Below, one piece after another: positions 44,201 to 51,947 of a stretch of DNA of 64,000 bases. This DNA is from an uncultured cyanobacterium (GTDB taxonomy: Bacteria; Cyanobacteriota; Cyanobacteriia; PCC-9006; JAAUQQ01). The notes beneath the pieces were generated by a model. That model was not told where the DNA came from and ran no database searches. It worked only from the letters and a program-made list of their open reading frames with translations. A program made the translations under genes and the position numbers. Location of the stretch: contig OY970368.1 in assembly GCA_963718615.1 (NCBI GenBank), positions 2,688,001 to 2,752,000 on the forward strand, given 5' to 3'. Numbering within the stretch: the stretch's first letter is position 1; every line of letters begins with the position of its first letter.

Positions 44201-45016
44201 GGCGACTACACAGCGAAGCCCAATGCTTGGGATCAGCCAGAGGTGTTTAATTTGGGTTTGATTGCCAATGGCGATCGCTTTATCGCAGGCCCTTACAAAG
44301 AAACCGAGGCCAAGTACTTTAGCTCCCTGTTGGTCGATGACAAGGTTGGACGCCCTCAAGATACGGGCAAACCAGTTTTTCAACAGGCCTATGAAGACGG
44401 GGGCTACGTCATCGTTGATGGGGGAACTGCCTATAAAAATTTGGGGGTCAACAGTGCTCAGCGACATGTCCTTGTCGATTTTGAAGCGGATGGAACTACC
44501 CTATTTTCAACGCTGGATCAAGTTCGAGATGACACGAGCCATCGCTATACCTGGCAAATTAATGTGGGTGAAGCGACCGATGATGGTGGAATTACAGTTA
44601 CAACCGGAAGCGAAGGGGGACTGCAGACCTTTCTGCTGCGCTCGGCAGATGGAGATTATCTCAAAGGGTGGGTACTTCAGCCCAGCAACGCAGTCCTTGA
44701 GGCTGGCGATCCCCTGCGGATTACGGCCACTGGCGTCAATGCCGATCTGTGGGTGGCCATGTTTAGCGGTAGCGGTGAAGCACCGGTTGGCAGCGTCATG
44801 GGCAGCGGGCTCGATGCAATTTTGACGATTAACAATCTGGAGGTTCGCTATGATGAAACCTCGAACCGCATTGTCAGCGAACCGATCCTGGGCAGCAGTA
44901 CCTCCTTCAGCGGGACCTACGGAACTGTGATCCCAGGGGACAACTCAGGACCAAATATAACGGGCTTAGGATCTTCCGACCCTCTACTTGCACCGTCATC
45001 GATCTTGAGTTTCTAG
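41297..45016 (+). CDS. multidomain protein: 3 CBM-like beta-sandwiches + Pro/Thr linkers + Calx-beta + heparinase II/III-like lyase-type domain
   Basis: Three R[FL]E.E.[LM].LS...DYIEF modules; PTPEPTP linkers (41705-41820, 42244-42330); ATAGVDF...ITFADGET.K...D...E (Calx-beta); PRL, A..YDW, HSNW, EG.GY..Y toroid motifs. Confidence 0.75.
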   Translation: MSTLRFEAEDLKLSTFRVEENSFASGGELISLLKGAAGEQGKALLTLDFDGTYDVFLGYYDESSGKGQMGVKLDGQTLDYWVLNKNLGLGTTEQTFLRRQILTAQALSAGQTFEIRALEKDNEPIRFDYIEFVSVDQPEPTPTPTPAPTPNPQPIPTPEPTPTPTPTPEPSPTPIATIPVRLEVEQMALSGYSVESHPIASGNKMVSLKGQTAGAIGIARQTLDFSGTYDIYLGFFDENDGQSTFTLKLGNQEIGSVLLDQDFGTDWVNANNQVRRQVATGQIINAGTVLEILGTLNEGEYARADYIEFIPVAGGMTPEPTPEPEPTPVPEPTPTPEPEPTPVPVTLNPIRFEAEDLTLSTYRAQSLGVGSEGKIISFTGGAANERGTAKTTLTLDGVYDIFLGYFDEADGKAQMSVSLNGSKLKYWSLNQKLSGDEPNSGNFIRRQLADASVITPGTALEIFGLENEGDSAAVDYIEFVPVDLSTRPGRLALSQTSYIANENGSAQITIDRIAGTGGTVSATLELTGDTATAGVDFVANPIAITFADGETRKTVNLPLINDNLAEFAERIQLKLVSPTGGATLDAQSTATFTIVDDEENLEPRLYIDSAKIAEIKAAIQVDGSHHQQAFAAMKARVDQNDWRIYDENLSDNNNNYARTWLAREASFLYQITNDPSYAQIAFQALEAVYTNPDFDNVNLQSDKGLTRAMVGLGFAIAYDWAAKGWTPEQRAWVKGKIIEGLDTWPSFSHPNVRPPYHSNWVAVTRGAELVMMLAVEEETNRADRYTNIKSDLEQHILNGYGEYGYNQEGNGYLTYGGSILATAVNALRSVGDQSLDSAFNAKEFWKLPLYGSVYNAEQDSVQYGVGNVRFNAEGWTSLLFADVPADQLPYYQFAYDLARGVNNPADPSQKFEDKRAATTWALIYYPTDSTPVDPDNGNLSPLLASEDQGGYFFRNRWQDENDTIISVLGDYTAKPNAWDQPEVFNLGLIANGDRFIAGPYKETEAKYFSSLLVDDKVGRPQDTGKPVFQQAYEDGGYVIVDGGTAYKNLGVNSAQRHVLVDFEADGTTLFSTLDQVRDDTSHRYTWQINVGEATDDGGITVTTGSEGGLQTFLLRSADGDYLKGWVLQPSNAVLEAGDPLRITATGVNADLWVAMFSGSGEAPVGSVMGSGLDAILTINNLEVRYDETSNRIVSEPILGSSTSFSGTYGTVIPGDNSGPNITGLGSSDPLLAPSSILSF

Positions 45017-45127
45017 GGATTGCCCTGATCTCACCCCTAGGCGACTGAAATCGTGAACTGTTGTGGCATCCAGCCCGCGTTACGATTTTAGTCGCCTATA
45101 ATTTAAAGCAGAGATCTCGGTTATTCT

Positions 45128-46501
45128 ATGCTCGTTTCCCCCTCTATCACCCCTTCCTCGCCTCGAACCTATGACATCGCCATCATTGGCGCGGGTGTGT
45201 GTGGTACGGCTTTGCTTTATTGTCTGAGCAACTATACTAATGTGCAAAGTATAGTTTTAATTGAAAAAAACGCTGATGTGGCCCTAGTGAACTCGCAGTG
45301 CACGAGTAATAGTCAAACGCTACACTTTGGTGACATTGAAACCAATTACACATTAGAAAAAGCCGAAACCGTAAATCGTGCGGCGATTCTCGTGAAGACA
45401 TACCTGATTAAGCATGATCCTGAGCATAAAATTCACACAAAGTATCACAAAATGGTGCTGGCCGTGGGACAAGCCCAGGTGGAAAAGGTGCGCGATCGCT
45501 ACCAAGAATTTAAATCCCTTTTTCCTCAATTGCGGCTGATCGATCGCCAGGAAATTGCAGCCATTGAGCCCAAAGTTCTAGAGGGACGAGACCCCAGTGA
45601 AGAGGTTCTGGCTCTGTTTACTGATGAGGGTTACACCATTGATTTCCATCATCTCTCGGAGTCTTTCCTAGAGCGATCCCTGCAAAACAGCTCCAAACAA
45701 ATCGATCTCATGCTGAGCACGCTGGTTCACAAAATTGTAGAGCGCCAGGATGACTACCTGATCGAAACTCCTGAGGGACAGATTCAGGCCAAGACCGTAG
45801 CGGTGATGGCCGGAGCCCATAGTTTGCTCTTTGCCAAGTCCCTAGGGTACGGCAAGAACTACGCTCTACTGAGTGTAGCGGGGAGTTTTTATATTGCGCC
45901 TGAAATCCTTAAGGGAAAAGTCTACACCGTTCAACTCCAAAAATTGCCCTTTGCGGCAATCCATGGCGATCCAGAGGTCCATGATCCTAGCCAGACACGC
46001 TTTGGTCCGACGGCTAAGGTGCTGCCGATGCTGGAGCGGCATAATTATGCAACGGTTTACGAATACTTTAAAACTGCTGGGTTAAGCATTGCTGCATTTC
46101 TAAGCTTCTTCAAGATTCTCGCGGATTGGACTGTTTTCAAATATATTTTCACCAATTTTCTTTACGATTTACCCTGGATTGGCAAACGGTTGTTTATCGA
46201 ACAGGTCAGGCGAATTGTTCCCTCAATTCAACTGAAAGACCTGAGCTTTGCCAAGGGCTATGGCGGTATTCGACCTCAGATTGTCAATCTTAAAACTCGC
46301 TGTCTAGAATTGGGCGAAGCTAAGCTCTGGGGCAAGCGGATTCTGTTTAACATTACCCCTTCTCCAGGGGCATCCACCTGCCTTAAAAATGCTGAAGATG
46401 ATGCAGAACGCTTGGTCTCGTTTTTGGGAGAAGGGTATCAGTTCGATCGCCAACGCTTCCTCAAAGATTTAGGAATTATCGAGCGAGCGGCAAGTCTCTA
46501 A
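45128..46501 (+). CDS. mqo: FAD-dependent oxidoreductase, malate:quinone oxidoreductase-like
   Basis: GAGVCG; NSQTLH.GDIETNYT.EKA, LPFAA.HGDP, GG.RPQ, TPSPGA motifs as in Helicobacter-type Mqo. Confidence 0.72.
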   Translation: MLVSPSITPSSPRTYDIAIIGAGVCGTALLYCLSNYTNVQSIVLIEKNADVALVNSQCTSNSQTLHFGDIETNYTLEKAETVNRAAILVKTYLIKHDPEHKIHTKYHKMVLAVGQAQVEKVRDRYQEFKSLFPQLRLIDRQEIAAIEPKVLEGRDPSEEVLALFTDEGYTIDFHHLSESFLERSLQNSSKQIDLMLSTLVHKIVERQDDYLIETPEGQIQAKTVAVMAGAHSLLFAKSLGYGKNYALLSVAGSFYIAPEILKGKVYTVQLQKLPFAAIHGDPEVHDPSQTRFGPTAKVLPMLERHNYATVYEYFKTAGLSIAAFLSFFKILADWTVFKYIFTNFLYDLPWIGKRLFIEQVRRIVPSIQLKDLSFAKGYGGIRPQIVNLKTRCLELGEAKLWGKRILFNITPSPGASTCLKNAEDDAERLVSFLGEGYQFDRQRFLKDLGIIERAASL

Positions 46502-46996
46502 AACATTCTGACTTTCTGAGTCCAAATTCACGATCCGATAGGTGCCCTGCAAACCCAAAGCGCTCTCAAAGGGCAAGATAATTTCAGAAGCTGCCACCTG
46601 GTTGGATAGATAAAGGGGAACACGAAAGTCATTTACTTCACCACTATAGGGATCGGCAACGCTCAAATTCATGCTATTGGAGTCTACATTACCCGTAAAG
46701 CAGCTAAATTCTGAGGCAGGCTGATAAAAACCCCCAACAATTTCTCCGCCATTGACCTGAAAGACCATATACTCATGACCCGGTTTGCCAGCTTCAGGCT
46801 CATCACCAAATAAATAGACCCCGCTGGCAATGGTCGGCTCACCAGGTAGCGGCGATTCAGGTAAAGCGCTCAAACTCAAATTCATTGCCCTAACCTGAGG
46901 CGTTTGGGCAAGCGTGCTTTGGGCCATCGTTCCCACAGCAACAAAGCCTAAAGCCGTTGTGAGTGCAAGAAAGTGGGGGATTTTGGGGGTATTCAT
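46469..46996 (-). CDS. secreted hypothetical protein
   Basis: Signal peptide; G.YLFG....G..Y.VF....GGFYQP.SEF.CF.G cyanobacterial motif; 33-bp convergent overlap with mqo. Confidence 0.75.
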   Translation of the reverse strand: MNTPKIPHFLALTTALGFVAVGTMAQSTLAQTPQVRAMNLSLSALPESPLPGEPTIASGVYLFGDEPEAGKPGHEYMVFQVNGGEIVGGFYQPASEFSCFTGNVDSNSMNLSVADPYSGEVNDFRVPLYLSNQVAASEIILPFESALGLQGTYRIVNLDSESQNVLETCRSLDNS

Positions 46997-47081
46997 GGGG
47001 AAAAATCTCCTTGTTAAATTTGTAAAGCGATGTTTCTGTGCTGGAATCCCTAGGCTAGGATTTATCGGCTGGGATTCCTGC

Positions 47082-47141
47082 CTGGGACCTGTATTCTGGG
47101 ATTTGTACTCTTGGATTTGTACTCTGGGACTTGTATTCTGG
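47082..47141. repeat. degenerate 14-bp tandem repeat (CTGGGA[CT]TTGTA[CT]T) x~4
   Basis: Intergenic, upstream of the ORF starting at 46996. Confidence 0.7.
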
Positions 47142-47596
47142 TTAGCTGTTTAGAAGTAGATCACTGACTCAAAATACTTTTCGTCTGAGAACGACGCTTT
47201 TATGCAACGGCGTGTATCTTTTTAGGCGCTTTCCGAGCATTTCCGATATAAATATTTAAGTACAATTGACCCAAAACTCGCATCATCCTTTCGAACGATA
47301 AAAAAGAATCAAGTTTTGTAAGTCTCCATTGTGTTTGGGGGGCGATCGCCACAAAACGCATTGATATTCGAAATAGATCCTTAAGATATTAAGAGATCAG
47401 ACAGCCCGCCCTAATAATGAGGGACCTCAGGCAGATCTTGAGTTCAATCGCTGCATCTACAGATCCCATCATTAGCCCTGCAAAATGCCTTGATCCTCTG
47501 TTCTTCTCCCAGTATTTTTATCCCAGTATTTCTATATCCAGGGCAATCGGATCCGTTCATGCATCTTGCTGGCTCATTTCTCTCTATGTTGCCCCT

Positions 47597-48466
47597 ATGC
47601 CTGGTCGATTTTTAACTGATACCGCGTTGGAAGTTCCAGCCGTGACGGCTGAACAGATGCAAGAAGTGGCTCGTGTAGCTCTTGAAGAAACAGGGCCTAA
47701 TCTGTTTCAGATGACAGAAAGTGCAGGCAGAAGCTTTGCACTGCAAGCACTGGATTGCCTCTCAGCCCTTCGGTCTTCCAGATCCGATTCTCCTTCCCAG
47801 ACACCTCGGTCATCCCAGCCCCACGTCCTGCTCTTAGCAGGCTCTGGAACCAACGGAGCAGGAGGCATTAGCGCAGCTCGGCACCTGCTGAAGCAGCAAA
47901 TTCGCGTGACGCTCTGTCTCGCAAAACCGGATCATCTCAGCGATATCACCCGCTGGCAGTTTTATTTGTTTCAGCAGGCGATCGCCCCTCCCCCTTTCCC
48001 CCCAGCCCCCGGTCCACATTTAGCGATCGTCCCGGATCCTGGCCCATCGTCACCCAGCAGTACTAGCCTCACCCCTGAACAGCTATTTGACCTGGATCCC
48101 CCCGCAGATCTCATCCTAGATGCTCTGATGGGCTATCATCTCACCACCGCCCCGGAAGGTAATTTTCTGCGGTTGATCCGCTGGGCCAACCACAGTCAAA
48201 TTCCTATCCTGTCCTTGGACGTGCCCTCTGGTATAAATTCGACCACGGGCGAAGCCCTAGGGGAAGCGATTCGGGCCAGCTGGACTTTGACCTTATCGCT
48301 GCCCAAGACCGGCCTGCGGCCCGAAAGTACGGGAGCCCTGTTCCTCGCCGACATTGGGATTCCGGCCCGAACCTATGCCTGGAAGAGCCTACGCCTCTCC
48401 TACTGCTCTCCCTTTGGCAGTCGCTACCGAATTCCCCTGGAATTTTACGAGAACCATAACCTGTAA
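47597..48466 (+). CDS. stand-alone YjeF-N / NAD(P)H-hydrate epimerase-like protein
   Basis: VTAEQM, M.E.AG, DAL.GY, SLDVPSG, LADIGIP; ATG 47597. Confidence 0.8.
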   Translation: MPGRFLTDTALEVPAVTAEQMQEVARVALEETGPNLFQMTESAGRSFALQALDCLSALRSSRSDSPSQTPRSSQPHVLLLAGSGTNGAGGISAARHLLKQQIRVTLCLAKPDHLSDITRWQFYLFQQAIAPPPFPPAPGPHLAIVPDPGPSSPSSTSLTPEQLFDLDPPADLILDALMGYHLTTAPEGNFLRLIRWANHSQIPILSLDVPSGINSTTGEALGEAIRASWTLTLSLPKTGLRPESTGALFLADIGIPARTYAWKSLRLSYCSPFGSRYRIPLEFYENHNL

Positions 48467-48539
48467 AAGTCCTTTAGAGAGGTGACGGAAACAAAATAGA
48501 TCCGTACAATTGGGGTCCTCCCGTTTGATGGTTCTTCCC

Positions 48540-49997
48540 ATGACCTCCTCTCGATTGCTTGAGCTCGCAAAACAAGGCAGCGCCCCAGCGATCGCCACGC
48601 TGCTCAACCAGCAGTTACAGGCTAAGGGAATTTCGGCGATCGCATCTCGCCAAGGTCACTGTTTGCGGCTGCTTCTAGAGGCTGAGACGGAACCTCGGCA
48701 GGGCGCGATGGAGCAATATTTGCAGCATGCGTTTACGAAGCTAGAAGCGCTTTCTATTCAGCAGATTGAGGTTTATGGACGCGCGAAGGGATCCCTCAAA
48801 GGTTGGCAAACGCTGCTCTGTTTAAGCAACGGCTCGTTTGAACCAGCCACGTTCGTTTTTCCGAAGGTCTCATCTCAGTCATTCTCCCGACGAACGTCTC
48901 AATCGGCTCAATCCTCCCCTGCAATTTCGGCTAGAACTTCGGCCAAAACTTCAGTCAGAACCTCGACCCAAACATTACCCCAGCCTGTGGTCAAAACCTC
49001 GCTATCCAAGGGCTGGCGTCAGTCTTTTCCTCAGTTTCGGCGGCCTCGTTTTTTACAGCGACTGCAACCTGCCCCAACACCCACGCCCCAAACCCCTAAG
49101 CCCCCAACGTCCGCGAGCCCTCTTCGTTCTTTCTCCCCCCAAACCCCAATCGCCTTGCCCAAAATCTTGAGCGGTTCGTTTTGGAAAACTCGAACGAGTC
49201 AGATGTATCAGCAAACGATGCAGGTGCTCCATCGGCTTAGTCAGGGTCTACAGGATTGGGTTCTTCAGCCGATTGCTGAGTTTTTGGGTATTTGGTTGCA
49301 GTGGCAAATTGCAACGTTTGCCGCAACGTTAGTCACTGGATTTTTCGCAACGGTGAGTCTAGGGCTGATCTTTTTTGGCATTTTTAGTTTGTTTAATCGG
49401 ATTCCAGAGACGCAAGAATTCTTCCCGGTGCTCATGGGGATGATGACGATGATTCCGATCGCGGGTCTGCTGCTAGGTGATGCGCAAACGCGGCTCTTGC
49501 AACGCTGGCTACGACCCATCGGAGCGTGGCGATGGCTGACGATGGTGGGGTTTATGTTGGGATTTGGGGTGGCGCTGGGGATGCATTTTTTGATTTGCGC
49601 GATCGTTGAACCGCTGTTAACCCGGCCCAATCCAGAGTTTGTGATTGGTGTAAGTTTTGCCTTTATTGCAGTGACGATTGCGGTCGGATTAGGATTTGGG
49701 GTGCTCGGAGCACTGCAATGGTTGCCCCTGCGCGCCAGGGTGCCTCAGGCTTCCCAATGGATGATTATTAATCCCCTGGGGGCGATCGCCAGTTGGATTC
49801 TAGGAATGTTGATCGCGGGTCGTTGGCTGGGGCCGCTTTTGTTGGGCGATCGCGCTTCGGGTTCTAGTTTTTGGTCGACGCTCGGTCTATTTTTTGGAGG
49901 AGGCTTGCTCTCTTGGTTAATTTTTCATCTGATTAGCGGAGTCACGATGGCGCAGCTTTTGCGGCGGTTGCCTCGGCTGGAGGATGAGCGTTTATGA
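48540..49997 (+). CDS. membrane protein with cyanobacterial LELAKQG N-terminal domain
   Basis: LLELAKQG..AIA.L.N..L...GI, Ser/Pro-rich linker, about 6 C-terminal TM helices. Confidence 0.78.
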   Translation: MTSSRLLELAKQGSAPAIATLLNQQLQAKGISAIASRQGHCLRLLLEAETEPRQGAMEQYLQHAFTKLEALSIQQIEVYGRAKGSLKGWQTLLCLSNGSFEPATFVFPKVSSQSFSRRTSQSAQSSPAISARTSAKTSVRTSTQTLPQPVVKTSLSKGWRQSFPQFRRPRFLQRLQPAPTPTPQTPKPPTSASPLRSFSPQTPIALPKILSGSFWKTRTSQMYQQTMQVLHRLSQGLQDWVLQPIAEFLGIWLQWQIATFAATLVTGFFATVSLGLIFFGIFSLFNRIPETQEFFPVLMGMMTMIPIAGLLLGDAQTRLLQRWLRPIGAWRWLTMVGFMLGFGVALGMHFLICAIVEPLLTRPNPEFVIGVSFAFIAVTIAVGLGFGVLGALQWLPLRARVPQASQWMIINPLGAIASWILGMLIAGRWLGPLLLGDRASGSSFWSTLGLFFGGGLLSWLIFHLISGVTMAQLLRRLPRLEDERL

Positions 49998-50058
49998 TCT
50001 CAACTAAATCAAAATCGGTTGTCAGGGGTTTTGAATTGTTGGGTCACTGAATTCGAGT

Positions 50059-50247
50059 GTGTTGGGGTTTCATCAGGTTTCGGAGCAGGCTCAAGCCCGT
50101 CTGGGGGAGCTGTTGGAGCGCACTCGGGTGGCTCAGTTGACGCCGGGTGAGGTGGCTGAGCTGGATTTGTATGAGCAATTGGACCAGATGATGCGGATGC
50201 TGAAGATGCGGACGTTTGCGATCGCCCCTCAGGCCAAGGTTTCTTGA
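50059..50247 (+). pseudogene. small antitoxin-like protein remnant
   Basis: SE.AQARL.ELLE.....LT..E.AELD.YE resembles small partners of HNH/TA toxins; 5' end seems broken (ATG 49994 frame stops at 50050). Confidence 0.4.
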
Positions 50248-50573
50248 GTGTTTTCGGTTGGAGGGTGCGATCGCCCGGACTCCAAAATCACCGCTGTCAC
50301 CGCTTCCACTGATTTTGCTTGTAGGGTGGATACAAGACACAGCGCTTTATCAACCAAGCGAGCGGCGTCCTCGTAGCTTTCTTGATTCGGCAAAACCAAT
50401 TGAATCGGCTGACCTTGATCGTCGGTGCCAACGGTTTTGTTGGCTTGGAAAATGCGTAGTCGAGGGTTGGGATGGGAAATTTCGGTCCAGTCGTGCTTGA
50501 GCAGGTAGGCCGCGAAATCAGCGGGCGGGAGAGCCCCGACTTGAGGGGAACTGGTGAGAATTTCGGCGGTCAT
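50229..50573 (-). CDS. hypothetical protein
   Basis: ATG 50573 is coupled (ATGA) to the upstream remnant; YL...W....., QLVLP....Y.D motif. Confidence 0.6.
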   Translation of the reverse strand: MTAEILTSSPQVGALPPADFAAYLLKHDWTEISHPNPRLRIFQANKTVGTDDQGQPIQLVLPNQESYEDAARLVDKALCLVSTLQAKSVEAVTAVILESGRSHPPTENTQETLA

Positions 50574-50725
50574 GGCCACTCTCCTGTCTTGACTTTCTGC
50601 ATTAAGGCTAGCAAAGATTCTGGGGTTAGGCGTTGTCGGCGATCGATGCGGATGCGAACGGTGCGCCGGTTATCGCTGAGGCTGCCGCTCAAATACTCCC
50701 AGTAGCAGGCTCCGCGTAGCTTCAT
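50570..50725 (-). pseudogene. C-terminal remnant of a DUF4365-like PD-(D/E)XK protein
   Basis: Translated by hand: MKLRGACYWEYLSGSLSDNRRTVRIRIDRRQRLTPESLLALMQKVKTGEWP*. Confidence 0.55.
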
Positions 50726-50828
50726 TACTAGAATATTGGCCGAGTCGAGATTTTGGGACCAGTTTATGAAGCATATTTTTCGATGGAATTTCTTAAAGGG
50801 GGGTAACAGATGAGAGTGTTATGGGAGT

Positions 50829-51896
50829 ATGATTCCTGAGCTACCAGGGTTTGATATGAGTGAGATCGATGCTCGGGATTACGCTGATTTTTTCTGTACT
50901 GTGCAGGAGCGGATTCGCGATCGCCAACTCAATGCGCTGCGCAAGATCAACCATGAACTGGTTTCGCTCTATTGGGAAATTGGGCAGTTGATTCACCAGA
51001 AGCAGGAAGCTTTGGGCTGGGGAAAGTCGGTTGTCGAAACGCTGGCGCGAGATTTGCAGACAAACTTTCCTGGGCAAAAGGGCTTCTCGGCTCAAAATTT
51101 GTGGTTCATGCGCCAGTTTTATGACGAGTATGCTGACCAACCAAATCTCCAACCACTGGTTAGAGAAATCAGTTGGACCAAAAATCTGGTGATTTTCAGT
51201 CGCTGTAAGGATATGTTGGAGCGGGAGTTTTACCTACGGGCGACGGCTCGCTATGGCTGGACTAAGCGGGTGCTTCAGCATCAGCTAGATAACAAAAGCT
51301 ATGAGAAGTTCTTGCTCAATCAGACCAATTTTGAGGAAACGCTGCCGGAGGAAATTAAGGGGCAAGCGCTGCTGGCGCTGAAGGACCGTTATACGTTTGA
51401 TTTTTTGGAGTTGGCGGATGCCCATTCGGAGCGGGAGCTAGAGCTAGCGCTGGTGCAGAATGTGCGGGTGTTTTTGGCTGAGCTGGGTGGGGCGTTTGCG
51501 TTTCTAGGGAATCAGTATCGCTTGGAGGTGGGTGGGCAGGAGTATTTTATTGATTTGCTGCTGTTCCATCGGCGATTGCGCTGTTTGGTGGCGATCGAGC
51601 TAAAAATTGGGGAGTTTAAGCCGGAGCATAAGGGCAAGATGGAGTTTTATTTGGAGGCGTTGGACCGGCAGGAGCGGATGGAGGGGGAGAATGCGCCGAT
51701 TGGGATGATTATTTGCCGTTCTAAGAATAAGACGGTGGTGGAGTATGCGTTGCGGACGGCGAGTCGTCCGATTGGGGTGGCAACCTATGAGATTGTGCCG
51801 CAGTTGCCGGAGGCTTATCGGGAGGAGTTACCGAGTCCAGAGGCGATCGCGGAACGACTAAGACTTTGGGATGCAAGAAAGGTTGAAGATCAATGA
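50829..51896 (+). CDS. yhcG: YhcG / DUF1016 PD-(D/E)XK nuclease
   Basis: LYWEIG, GFS.QNL..MRQFY, KD.Y.FDFL, IDLL.FHR.LRCLVAIELK. Confidence 0.92.
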   Translation: MIPELPGFDMSEIDARDYADFFCTVQERIRDRQLNALRKINHELVSLYWEIGQLIHQKQEALGWGKSVVETLARDLQTNFPGQKGFSAQNLWFMRQFYDEYADQPNLQPLVREISWTKNLVIFSRCKDMLEREFYLRATARYGWTKRVLQHQLDNKSYEKFLLNQTNFEETLPEEIKGQALLALKDRYTFDFLELADAHSERELELALVQNVRVFLAELGGAFAFLGNQYRLEVGGQEYFIDLLLFHRRLRCLVAIELKIGEFKPEHKGKMEFYLEALDRQERMEGENAPIGMIICRSKNKTVVEYALRTASRPIGVATYEIVPQLPEAYREELPSPEAIAERLRLWDARKVEDQ

Positions 51897-51947
51897 ATTG
51901 AGAGATATGTCCTACCTCAAAAAGAGGTAGGGGGCTGGGGGTGGCAG

